Assembly: GCA_963758915.1 (NCBI GenBank)
Contig: CAVWXH010000009.1
Span: 96,001 to 160,000 of the forward strand
Length of the DNA stretch: 64,000 nucleotides
Direction: 5' to 3'
Source of the DNA: an uncultured Methanomicrobiales archaeon
Lineage (GTDB): Archaea > Halobacteriota > Methanomicrobia > Methanomicrobiales > Methanospirillaceae
Part shown: in pieces, positions 1 through 9,242 of the stretch
Layout of the letters: each line of letters begins with the position of its first letter
Numbering within the stretch: position 1 is the first letter of the stretch
Position numbers and translations under genes: made by a program
Notes under the pieces: model-generated
The model's input: only the letters and a program-made list of their open reading frames with translations
Databases searched by the model: none
What the model was told of the DNA's origin: nothing

Positions 1-384
1 GGCTACATTCCTGAAGATGACGTTATTGTCCAGGAATTTCGCCCCGGGAGCCAGACCATGAAGACGCTTTCCCGGGCCGGGCTTAGAAAAGACATCACGT
101 ACCGGATAATCCTCTCAACTAACCGGACACAGACACCAGACCTCTTCCCGCAATTCAAAGGAAAGACGCCTGAACTTCTTCCCGATGGCACATGGCACCT
201 GACCTGGGAAGGGGATGGAATTGTCACACATTCCGACTCACACCTTTCCGGGGCCGAAATCGTTATTTTGCCAAAGGATCTGGGAAATTTTAACCAGTAC
301 CCGGATCACTACAGCCATATTAAGCTGCCACGGAATTCCGAAGTGGTTGAACAGGTCATCAGGTTCCTGAAAATTCAACGGTAA
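1..384 (+). CDS. alpha/beta-hydrolase (lipase/esterase-like), C-terminal part; 5' end outside window
   Basis: Frame is open from base 1 (GYIPEDDVIVQEFRPGSQTM...). It carries GDGIV and a C-terminal HSH motif typical of PGAP1/lipase-like hydrolases. Confidence 0.6.
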   Translation, partial: GYIPEDDVIVQEFRPGSQTMKTLSRAGLRKDITYRIILSTNRTQTPDLFPQFKGKTPELLPDGTWHLTWEGDGIVTHSDSHLSGAEIVILPKDLGNFNQYPDHYSHIKLPRNSEVVEQVIRFLKIQR

Positions 385-398
385 CTAATACATATCCT

Positions 399-736
399 GG
401 CTGGTATGAAAAACTACGGCAAAACAATCAAAATGCCAATTTTTTCATGTGAATCTATGAGCCAGAGGCTCGTAGCACGCTCTGTTGCTATGGTCAAATC
501 TATCTCGCAGATTGGAGTATTCCCAAATTTACCAACGCTCCGGGGGTTCCGCCCCGCTGCTTTGGCGCCCCGGTTGGGATAGAAACTATACCCCAATACT
601 CTGAATTTAATGAGCCTTCGCCGAAACCCTGCCCGAAGAATATCTTAATGGGGGAGGGGCAGGGAGGGGTGAAACCCCATCCTGTCTTCGTATTTCCCTG
701 TTATTTTTTAAGACACCGAAGGGTTTAAACAAAGCC
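399..736 (+). mobile_element. modular MITE copy R1 (D-hairpin-A)
   Basis: Starts GGCTGGTATGAAAAA. Hairpin CTATGAGCC-aga-GGCTCGTAG at 455-475, internal end CGCTCTGTTG at 478, module A about 496-712. Ends GGGTTTAAACAAAGCC. Flanks CATATCCT and CACATCTT match 6/8. Confidence 0.8.
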
Positions 737-961
737 CACATCTTATGAAAAGCCCCTGATCACCGGGAACCTGTACGATCTGCATGGTTATGACGGTTTG
801 CCTGGGCTGCCTGCCAGGCCCCTGGGTCACAGGTATCCATGGTTACCATAGATTTTCTGACAATTTTCACGGGAAGAACAGATAGGGCGTCATCCCTGTT
901 TTAAAAACCACCCGGATACTAGAGCTGTTTTTATGAGCATACACGGAAAATAGCTTCCTGA

Positions 962-1387
962 ATGCAAAAAAATACCCTGGTCCTTGCCATTATAGTTGTG
1001 GTGATACTCATCACGGCCTCTGCGATGGTTCTTACATCCCTGTTCAGGCCTGCCAGTGCAACAGTTTTCTCCGTGACAACGGACAGGGACCTTTACCATT
1101 CCAATGATGTCATGATGATGAAGATCCTCGTTAATTCCACCGGGTTTACAACCGATACCTTTCTAAAAATAGAGGGAATTAAGGATACATATGGCCAGAC
1201 CCGGTTAACTCATAGTATGAATGCAAACCTCACACCGGGGCCGAACATCTTCCTGTACGATTACCATCTCCCCTCCTGCTCTAAGTGTTCAGGACTTGAC
1301 CCAGGTAACTACCCGATCAATGTTTCACTGGTGAAAAACGGGACTGTCGTTTCAAATTTGTCGGTAACCGTTCATTTAGAACAATAA
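962..1387 (+). CDS. secreted/membrane-anchored hypothetical protein with CxxC
   Basis: N-terminal hydrophobic helix, beta-rich body, SCSKC motif, T-rich tract after the stop. Confidence 0.75.
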   Translation: MQKNTLVLAIIVVVILITASAMVLTSLFRPASATVFSVTTDRDLYHSNDVMMMKILVNSTGFTTDTFLKIEGIKDTYGQTRLTHSMNANLTPGPNIFLYDYHLPSCSKCSGLDPGNYPINVSLVKNGTVVSNLSVTVHLEQ

Positions 1388-1527
1388 TTTTTTTTACAGG
1401 ACACATTTCTCACAGGCCTGGTTGCCACAGGCGATATTATCAATCTTTCAGTGCCCATCTTTTCATCCCCTTGTTGAGCTCCACAATCTCAAGTCCGCTT
1501 TCGGTGAGGGTATATTCACTCTTCACA

Positions 1528-1667
1528 GGGACAGGGAATAATCTCCAAATATCTGAAATTTTCTTCCAATGCCCAATTGAACGCTGCAAAAATGAATGTC
1601 TCACCAGGGGTGGGGCAGGGAGGGGGTGAAGCCAACTCCTGGTCTTAAGTTTCTCATTTTTTTAAAT
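1528..1667 (+). repeat. partial MITE module A (subtype A2), copy R2
   Basis: Aligns by eye to 5430-5570 (CAAATxTCTGAAATTT-CTTCCAATG-CCCAATTGAAC; GGGGTGGGGCAGGGAGGGGGTGAA). Confidence 0.7.
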
Positions 1668-2038
1668 TAATACCCAGTTGATTGTTGAATTAACCAAAAT
1701 TATTCATAATAATTCTTCCATAAACCCACAATGGCAATTATAATGAGAATAAATCCGGTGATAGCATAGAAGTAATTGAGTACGCCTGGATATAACGCCA
1801 TGATGGATATGACTATCCCGAGGAAAAGCAGTAAGAAAAAGATAATTCTTGGGCTCATATACCTCTGTTATCTCATTATATGTGATAAATAGGTGGGAAG
1901 GGAGATCACGATTCCATCAGTACACCCGATCACTGCATTTATTTTTAAAAAAAAATATGCAGGGTATCCCCAAAAAACCCAGAATGATACAGTGCGTCTG
2001 GACCAACATTACGATGCACGTGATACCGGGAACCTGAA

Positions 2039-2689
2039 TTATAGCCTGCCTGGGCCGTAAAGGGAATTTCTAATTGTGACCAGCCCTCCATAGAATTCCT
2101 CCAGGTATTCATCCATCAGAAGGCTCCCTTCCTCGAAAGGGCAGTCTTCCTCAATTATTTTGTTGATCATATCCCGGGTTGGGAGGATCATATCTATCGG
2201 GACACCAGCTTCATTTGACCCCCTGATAAAGGCCTCACGAAAGACCCCGATACAGTATGCGATCCGAAATTTGTAGACCTCCCGGGTCTTTTCCAGGTAT
2301 CCTTTCACCCTCATGGTCTCTATCCTGAGGAAGTCGGCCTGGACTTTTTCATCTTTGCATTTTCCAAGCATGTACTTGTAATGCGCATACGGGTACATCT
2401 CCTCAAGTTCAGCAGGAAGGATCCCACACGTACCGAAAATAACAATATGATAGTCTGACGGTTCAAATACACCAGATATTATTTTCCTGATAATCCGGTG
2501 GCTGGGGCTTGCACTGTATGGTTTACGGACAGCACATGGCATAAAAATAGCAATGTCCCGGGGTGCGACCTCATATTCATCGATGATATACCGGTATGAC
2601 GTTTCAAATTCAGGAAGGTAAAACGGGGGACCAGTCAGGAGATCTTTGGTTGTATTTTTATCCGCCCCCGGTTTTTCCTCGTCTGGCAT
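2039..2689 (-). CDS. DUF5591-type protein (stand-alone domain related to archaeosine synthase ArcS)
   Basis: PCAVRKPYSASPSH resembles the PCSxxKPYSxSxSH signature. Also P-ELEEMYPYAHY. Confidence 0.7.
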   Translation of the reverse strand: MPDEEKPGADKNTTKDLLTGPPFYLPEFETSYRYIIDEYEVAPRDIAIFMPCAVRKPYSASPSHRIIRKIISGVFEPSDYHIVIFGTCGILPAELEEMYPYAHYKYMLGKCKDEKVQADFLRIETMRVKGYLEKTREVYKFRIAYCIGVFREAFIRGSNEAGVPIDMILPTRDMINKIIEEDCPFEEGSLLMDEYLEEFYGGLVTIRNSLYGPGRL

Positions 2690-2891
2690 GGTTATTCCAT
2701 ATCAGATTATCCCGGTGGCACAAGAATATTATTCAGGGGACGGGCCATCTGGTTGCAATGATCTGGTCAATGTCAGACAGACAGTTACAGGTCCCGTTCA
2801 ATTCTCAATTGACTCCCAATTTATTCGCAGTCAACCGTATCATTAAGTGGTTCCGGGCTGACTCTACCATAATCAACAATGGGTTGGAACA

Positions 2892-3356
2892 ATGAACTAC
2901 TCAGTGATCCTGGTGGGCATTGGCATTATCTGCCTGATGACCATCGTGTCCTCAGGCTGCCTCGGCGCAACACCTGGCAGCCCGCAACCAGTACAGACAC
3001 CGCCACCGGTACCTTCGGGGACGCCGGTACAGCCTGGGCACCAGGTGGTAGATGAAGAACAGAACAAAGCGACAGTGAATCTGGCGCTAAACAGCACAGT
3101 TACGCTGAAACTGAACGAAAATCCGACAACAGGGTTCCAATGGAACCTGACGACGACCCCGGGGCTCGTTGTCACCGCTGATAACTACCAGCCAGCGGCA
3201 CCGCAACTCATGGGTTCAGGCGGGGCCCATACCTGGGACATGAAAGCAGTCAGGACCGGCACAGAGGAGGTAAAGGCGGTTTACAGGCGGTCATGGGAGC
3301 CAGTGACCGGCAATGAGACCACATTCTCAATGACCGTAATCGTTGCGAACACGTAA
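2892..3356 (+). CDS. chagasin-family (I42) cysteine protease inhibitor, lipoprotein
   Basis: NPTTGFQW, MGSGG and YRRSWE motifs. Lipobox SSGC and Pro-rich linker. Confidence 0.9.
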   Translation: MNYSVILVGIGIICLMTIVSSGCLGATPGSPQPVQTPPPVPSGTPVQPGHQVVDEEQNKATVNLALNSTVTLKLNENPTTGFQWNLTTTPGLVVTADNYQPAAPQLMGSGGAHTWDMKAVRTGTEEVKAVYRRSWEPVTGNETTFSMTVIVANT

Positions 3357-3989
3357 AAGAAATCAATCCCCGTACTCCGACCTCCTACTCTTTTTTCATT
3401 GAATTGTTCCATTGAAATAGAATATTGCCAGCTATACCTTAATTTGGGATATCCTCGGCAAAACCGGATAACAGATACACCAGCAGGCGGACATCATGGG
3501 AAGACCCCGGCATTGGGTGGACTTTTTATAATTTATGATCATAGTATCGCCCATGTCTCCAAGACACATCTCAAAAGAGATACCTGTCCGTTTACGATCA
3601 CCATTGACGGGACAGGACAGGGCCCGCCACCGGGACTCCCATCGGCACCATCCCGAATCAAACCCTTTTCCCCATCCACCCCACCAGTCATATAGAAAGC
3701 CCGCACTTCCACCAAGGCACCACCCCCACACCAGACCTGTTGACCTGAATATCGATCACGGAAGCCGGCAGGACCGGCCTCAACCGGAAAAAATATTTAG
3801 CAAACTTAATAAAAATGAGTTCAGGCGGCTATAAGGAATTTTTTTTATTGAGAACAACCTTTTTTTCTGTAACAGCTGGACCGGACCGCATTGTAACACA
3901 CCCATGTTGAAAAATTTTTACTGCTGCCGGGCAGAGGGGTCAGTCAGTAATCGGGGATAAGGATAAACCATTTCTACCACTAGTACAAA

Positions 3990-4019
3990 TTTATATAAAA
4001 AATTCTTACATGAAGGTGA
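3990..4019 (+). promoter_or_regulatory. putative archaeal TATA box and GGTGA ribosome-binding site of the TerB-like gene
   Basis: TTTATATA at 3990-3997. GGTGA at 4015-4019, 5 nt before the ATG at 4025. Confidence 0.5.
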
Positions 4020-4024
4020 AATGA

Positions 4025-4441
4025 ATGGGACTTTTTGATAAACTGGCTGGGACCAGGACAGTAGAGCTGAATCCTAAATCAGCACTAGTACTAACCGCGC
4101 TTACCGTTGTTGCAGCAGATGGTGTAATTGACGAAGCAGAAATGCTTGACCTGGCAAAGATTGTCCGTGGGGACAGGAAATCCATTGATGATGCAATGGC
4201 GGTCCTTAAGGTAAATTCACTAGAAGGATCGATGGACCTCGTCACAAAATGCTTAAACGAGAAACAGAAGATCGCGACACTCGCCATAGTAATTGACGTT
4301 GCCATGGCCGATGGGGTGCTCGCTGAAAATGAACAGAAACTCATACAGATGTATATTAACAAGTTTGGAGTATCCGAAGACATTCTCAAACCGATCTTTG
4401 ATACCGTAGCAATCAAGAACGATTTTTCGATCTTCACATAA
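4025..4441 (+). CDS. TerB-family (tellurite resistance-like) protein
   Basis: Duplicated AADG...E and MADG...E motifs in 138 aa. Confidence 0.8.
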   Translation: MGLFDKLAGTRTVELNPKSALVLTALTVVAADGVIDEAEMLDLAKIVRGDRKSIDDAMAVLKVNSLEGSMDLVTKCLNEKQKIATLAIVIDVAMADGVLAENEQKLIQMYINKFGVSEDILKPIFDTVAIKNDFSIFT

Positions 4442-4654
4442 TTTTTTTTAAAATATACCCACGATTTTTGATTACCCCCGGTTCCGGTAAAAAGGTCCCG
4501 GTGCAGGGGTTCCGATCGGAGTGGCTTCCATTCAGGCGGGAATAACCGTCCTGAAAATACCTGATTGCATTTTTTAGTTACTGGTCCTGCCCCATAGCCA
4601 GGGAGGGGATGGATATATGAGATAACGGCCTCCAGATACAATAAGGATCGCTAC

Positions 4655-5326
4655 ATGGAACTGATAAGCCAGTTTATCCTTCCCTATTGGCTCAACCTGC
4701 TTGCACTCTTCCTGATGGCATTAACCGGCGCAATCGCAGCGATTGAAGAAGGTTACGATATTATCGGTGTGACGGCACTCGCGTTAATTGCCGGGACCGG
4801 TGGGAGCCTTCTTCGGGACATGATCCTCCAGCAGGGGATACCCCTGTTTTTCCGTGACCCTTCGTTCCTCTATGCGGTGGTACTGGCAGTCCTGATCGGG
4901 ATAGTGTTCCGTTCATATATATTTCAAAATAAAAGACCATTCAACATATCATTTCTCCTGTTCGATGCCCTCGGCCTGGGGATATTCGGGGTTGTCGGGA
5001 CCCAGATGGCCTTGTTTGCAGGTCTGGCTTCAGCACCGGCAATACTTACCGGTGTGATAAACGCCACCGGCGGGGGCCTGCTCAGGGATGTGCTGACCGC
5101 TCGTGAACCACTTATTTTCAAGCCCAGCCAGTATTACGCGGCTACATCACTCGCCGGGTGCATAATTTTTGTCGCTATTGCACTGTTGCTGGGCCAGAGC
5201 GCGGTAACTGCTGCGTTCGCTGCGATATTTCTGACATTTTTCCTCCGTGCACTAACCATGTGGTTTGACTGGAAGACGAAACCATTGATTGATGTAACCA
5301 TGCTCCAAAAAAAGAAACAGGAATGA
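4655..5326 (+). CDS. trimeric intracellular cation channel (TRIC/UPF0126, YadS-like) membrane protein
   Basis: Two GGGxLRD repeats, DALGLG, about 7 TM helices. Confidence 0.9.
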   Translation: MELISQFILPYWLNLLALFLMALTGAIAAIEEGYDIIGVTALALIAGTGGSLLRDMILQQGIPLFFRDPSFLYAVVLAVLIGIVFRSYIFQNKRPFNISFLLFDALGLGIFGVVGTQMALFAGLASAPAILTGVINATGGGLLRDVLTAREPLIFKPSQYYAATSLAGCIIFVAIALLLGQSAVTAAFAAIFLTFFLRALTMWFDWKTKPLIDVTMLQKKKQE

Positions 5327-5328
5327 AC

Positions 5329-5760
5329 GGCTCTGTAGAATTTCCCTCAAATCTGTCTTGCAGATTGGTAATTCCAACATTTCATCACGCTCCAGGGGCT
5401 TGCGGCCCGCCGCTTTGGCGACCCCGGTTGGGATAAGGAATGATATTCAAATCTCTGAAATTTCCTTCCAATGTCCCAATTGAACCCTGCCAATGAATAT
5501 CTTATCGGGGGTGGGGCAGGGAGGGGGTGAAACCCCCTCCTGTCACCGTATTCCCACTTTTTTTAAATATGAAGGGTTTCCCATGAAAATACCTGAAGGG
5601 AGCCCAATATAAGGATATTTTGAACGAGGCATTTTCATTGTTTGGGTGTGAACACCCTGTTCATGTGTGTTTCTACAGAGCGTGCTATGAGCCGTTGGCT
5701 CATAGATGAGTATGAAAAAGGTCGTCTTTCAGGTGGTTCGTGGAGTTTTTCATACCAGCC
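5329..5760. mobile_element. modular MITE copy R3 (A forward + B, hairpin, D reversed) with perfect 8-bp TSD
   Basis: Ends GGCTCTGTAGAA and TTTTTCATACCAGCC. Flanked by GAATGAAC at 5321-5328 and 5761-5768. Perfect hairpin CTATGAGCC-gtt-GGCTCATAG at 5685-5705. Confidence 0.9.
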
Positions 5761-5953
5761 GAATGAACAACTAATCCAGGGCTTCGCTGAAAATTTCCCC
5801 TGGTACTTTTTAGCAGTAAAAAGGGAGATTGTACTGACGGGGTCTGAATTGCAGATCCCGGACATCCCCTTTTCAGTATTGTTTTTACCTGGTATGAACA
5901 CGACACAGATAATAATACAGGCAACAATCTGGTTCTTCTTTCCAGCCGTGGAA

Positions 5954-7441
5954 TTATACGTGCCTGATCCCGGTATGATCAGACAGCTCGGAATTTATCG
6001 TGCAAAGGTCCCCGGGGTTCATGCGGTGCACATCGCGGTACCCGGTGAGCCTTGCGAAATCCTTCAGCTCATTTGTTGAAACTCTCAGGTAATTCTCAAG
6101 TTTTTTTGCAGAAATATCAATATTCAGGCGTTTCCGCAGGAGGGGGTCCTGCGTGGTAATCCCCATCGGGCACAGTCCTGTACTGCACAACCGGTACTGC
6201 TGGCAGCCGCATGCCATCAGCGCAGCGGTGCCGATAGCAATGGCATCGGCACCGAGAGCAAGTGCCTTTGCAAAATCCGATGAGACCCTGAAACCCCCGG
6301 TGATAATCAGCGAGATATTCTTTGCACCTTTTTCATCAAGGTGTTTTCTTGCCCGGAACAGTGCGAACGGTGTAGGTACAGAGGTCGCGGCCTTGATAAA
6401 CTTAAAGGCCGCACCCGTTGCACCCGGCCTTCCATCCACGGTGATAAAATCTGCACCTGCATAAATAATCGCGTCCATGTCTTCTTCAATGTGCCCGGCT
6501 GCAATTTTTACACCAACCGGTTTCCCCCCGGATTTTTCGCGGAGCCATTCGATTTTTCTCAATAAATCATCCTGGTTTCTGATGTCCGGATAGATGGCAG
6601 GGCTGACGATGTCAGTACCCACCGGGTACCCCCGTACCTTTGCGATCTCAGGGGTGACTTTCTCTGCCGGGAGTCGGGCACCAAGCCCTGGCTCCGCGGA
6701 CTGTCCGATTTTTATCTCAATTGCATCAACAGATTGCAGGTTTTCATCAGTGACACCATAGAGGTTCGGGACATATTCAAAGATATATTTATAGGCATTT
6801 TCCCTGGATTCCGGGAGAATTCCCCCCTCACCCGAACACATCGCAGTTTTTACCCCGGCACTCCCTTTCGAGAGGGCGATTTTCACTTCCCTTGAGAGTG
6901 CACCAAATGACATGTGGGTAATAAATACCGGGGTTTCGATTACCAGGGGTACTTTTGCAGCCGGGCCGATCACAGTCCTCGTCATGACCTCCTGGTCAGT
7001 ACCCACCGGGATCTTTGCAATCTGCGCCCCCATAATCAGGATATCATCCCAGGAAATCGTCGGTTTCCGGGTCCTCATCGGTTCAATGATTGATTCACCG
7101 GTAATGGCCATGGTATGGATATCTTCCATGTAAACCTCCAGAGGATCTGTTTTTCTTGCCCACCCCTCCTGGTATGCGGGAGAGATCTGTTCATGGATAC
7201 CTGGCGCGGTACCCGGATTTTCAGAGCCGCATACCCTGCATATATAAGCCCTGTCAATCAATCCCTGGCCGGGTTCCCGAGGGACCAGTGTGAGGTGAGT
7301 CCGGTCTGCACCGCATATCGGGCAGTTCCAGCCATCAGGAAATTGTTCAGGTTCCGTTCCTGGTTTGATCCCGGTTGTGGAACTACCCCGGCCAGGTTCA
7401 TATTCAAATGTATTACAGACATTACACCGGTAGAGGGGCAT
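5954..7441 (-). CDS. rubredoxin-fused FMN-binding glutamate synthase family protein (archaeal GltB2-like)
   Basis: N-terminal CNVC...FPDGWNCPICG rubredoxin. MSFGALS, SGEGG, EIKIGQSA and CQQYRLCSTGLCPMGITTQ motifs. Start moved to ATG 7441, which has GGTGA upstream. Confidence 0.9.
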   Translation of the reverse strand: MPLYRCNVCNTFEYEPGRGSSTTGIKPGTEPEQFPDGWNCPICGADRTHLTLVPREPGQGLIDRAYICRVCGSENPGTAPGIHEQISPAYQEGWARKTDPLEVYMEDIHTMAITGESIIEPMRTRKPTISWDDILIMGAQIAKIPVGTDQEVMTRTVIGPAAKVPLVIETPVFITHMSFGALSREVKIALSKGSAGVKTAMCSGEGGILPESRENAYKYIFEYVPNLYGVTDENLQSVDAIEIKIGQSAEPGLGARLPAEKVTPEIAKVRGYPVGTDIVSPAIYPDIRNQDDLLRKIEWLREKSGGKPVGVKIAAGHIEEDMDAIIYAGADFITVDGRPGATGAAFKFIKAATSVPTPFALFRARKHLDEKGAKNISLIITGGFRVSSDFAKALALGADAIAIGTAALMACGCQQYRLCSTGLCPMGITTQDPLLRKRLNIDISAKKLENYLRVSTNELKDFARLTGYRDVHRMNPGDLCTINSELSDHTGIRHV

Positions 7442-7903
7442 GGTTTCACCATTGTATAAGAAATGAGTATTATATGGGGACAGCAAATAACCACCGGTTA
7501 TTAATCCGGCAGCAACCCGGGAACTATTGACCCTGAACCGGACTGATTGCCACGGCCCCTTTAAATAAACAGAGTTGAACCCTGTGGAGGTCCGGGAACG
7601 CGGCTGGAGAGAATATAATCTGCTGACCACGCGAGGCCCTGACAATTTCGCCAGAAAAAGCGCTGTCAAAAATCAGCCCACTCGTCGCACGTTTGCCAGA
7701 TAATATACCACGCTCCATTTCTTCACTTCCCGGTTTAATCCGGGATCTTGGAACAGGTCATAACTTATTGTAAGGATATTTTGAAGTAAATCCTGATTTT
7801 GGCGTGTTTTCAAATCTTTCAACCATTCAGTTCGAAACCTGGCGGAAGACATACATTAAAATTGAAAAGTATCCTACCGTCAGGTACAGGAAGTGAATCA
7901 AGA

Positions 7904-8444
7904 ATGAGAAAAATATATTATATCTGTTTTATTGGCATTTTGTTATCCCTGGCTGCCATTTCCCCGGTGATTGCAATTTCACCGGTAACGACCTTACACA
8001 GCAATTATTTCTACTCTGCAACGCTGCTTAAACCCGGACAGAACAGGTTTGCCGGGTCGGCTGATATGTTCACCCTGGTAAAACCTGCCACAACGTACAG
8101 CCGTTTTGCCTCGTATACCCAGATGTCCACAGGTAATACCCAGACATTTACAGAACGTGATTCCGGTAAAACGGTGACCGTCACCAAAGGGCAGGTCGTA
8201 AAAGTCCTGCTTAACGAGAACCCTACAACGGGATACCGGTGGGAGCCGTCATTAAGCTCAGGCATACAGGTAATGGATGATACCTATGCTGCGTCAACAT
8301 CAGGGAGAATGGGCGCAGGTGGGATTCCATACCTGGACACTCAGGATAACAGGTCCCGGGACCCAGCATTTCGATGCTTCCTACAAGCGCTCGTGGGAGT
8401 CCGGGTCTGCTGATAGTTATTCGATACAGTTTATCGTTGCATAA
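7904..8444 (+). pseudogene. secreted chagasin-family (I42) inhibitor with apparent +1 frameshift at about 8326
   Basis: Signal peptide, NPTTGYRW and MGAGG. The next frame continues HTWTLRITGPGTQHFDASYKRSWESGSADSYSIQFIVA*. Confidence 0.8.
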
Positions 8445-8547
8445 GATTACTAAATCCTGACAACCGATTTTTTTTACTCTGCAGCAGGGTAAATTTTAGT
8501 CTTGTTATCACCATCCAAAAATCGATCCGGCAGATTTCGGGTAACCC

Positions 8548-9052
8548 GGCTGGTATAAAAAACTCCAGGTAACCACTAGAAAGGCCACCATTTCCAATGA
8601 AAATACCTATCCGTGGGGATCTGCAGCCCCCTGAAATCGTTGCATGCCTGCAACTTATTTTCATTCTTTATGCCCGGCCGCTGGGATGTCATCGGCGGTT
8701 AATATGAAAATGATCCCCGGGCATTCAATTTTCATCCTGTATGCATGTGGCCTTCCGGCATCATCTCCGTTTTCATGGTTATCTATGTACCAAAGTGCTC
8801 ATAGCACACCTGGTTGAATCCCTGCGTTATTAGAATAAGGAAGGCAAGATACGTAGACAGGGGGGGTTTCTCACCCCCGACAGGATATCCTTTGGGCAGC
8901 GTTTCCAGGCGATAATAAATTTCCGAGTATCGAAGTGCAGTCTCTATCCCAACCGGGGTCGCCAAAGCGGCGGGCCATGAGCCCCGGAGTATGAGTAAAT
9001 CTGGGAATACCCAGGGTCACCAGGATGGATTTAAGGGCATCTCAACAGAGCC
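8548..9052. mobile_element. modular MITE copy R4 (D, C, degenerate hairpin, A reversed)
   Basis: GGCTGGTATAAAAAACTCC at 8548. Module C 8701-8778 matches 20737-20808. Module A is on the minus strand, about 8810-9012. Ends CAACAGAGCC. No clear TSD. Confidence 0.7.
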
Positions 9053-9056
9053 GTCA

Positions 9057-9219
9057 TTCCAACATTCACTTTGCGCGCCCCTGACTCCACACCACCTTCT
9101 GGAAACCCTGATCATGATAGGGAAGACCACTCGAATCTCTGAAAAATTCCAGGGACCCATTGTGGGCATCCTGCCAATGGGAGTTATCCTAGTGAGTCTG
9201 GGGCAGGGATTGGGGGTGA
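9057..9219 (+). repeat. strongly decayed module A2 copy (R4b)
   Basis: TTCCAACATT, AATCTCTGAAA, CCTGCCAATG and GGGGCAGGGA...GGGGGTGA occur in the same order as in 5372-5530. Confidence 0.55.
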
Positions 9220-9242
9220 TAGGGAACAGAAAAAAAGAATTT

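Noticed and set aside
414-596. Short ORFs that share peptides (ATPVGIET at 8783-8965 and 20682-20930; FMCVSTER at 5642-6079 and 24463-24657; also 414-596, 5635-5901 and 50018-50455)
   Set aside because: They fall inside the repeat copies, and frames, starts and stops are not conserved between copies. They are by-products of the non-coding element.
3400-3900. His/Pro-rich ORFs (3399-3695, 3535-3834, 3432-3731)
   Set aside because: Overlapping low-complexity frames without motifs. The stretch is more likely C-rich intergenic or decayed repeat DNA.
7442-7669. 76-aa N-terminal extension of the glutamate synthase-like ORF
   Set aside because: It does not look protein-like. ATG 7441 has a GGTGA site and begins the rubredoxin domain.
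8540-9060. Target-site duplications for R4, R6 and R7a
   Set aside because: The flanks match 4/8 or fewer, so they were not counted as evidence.
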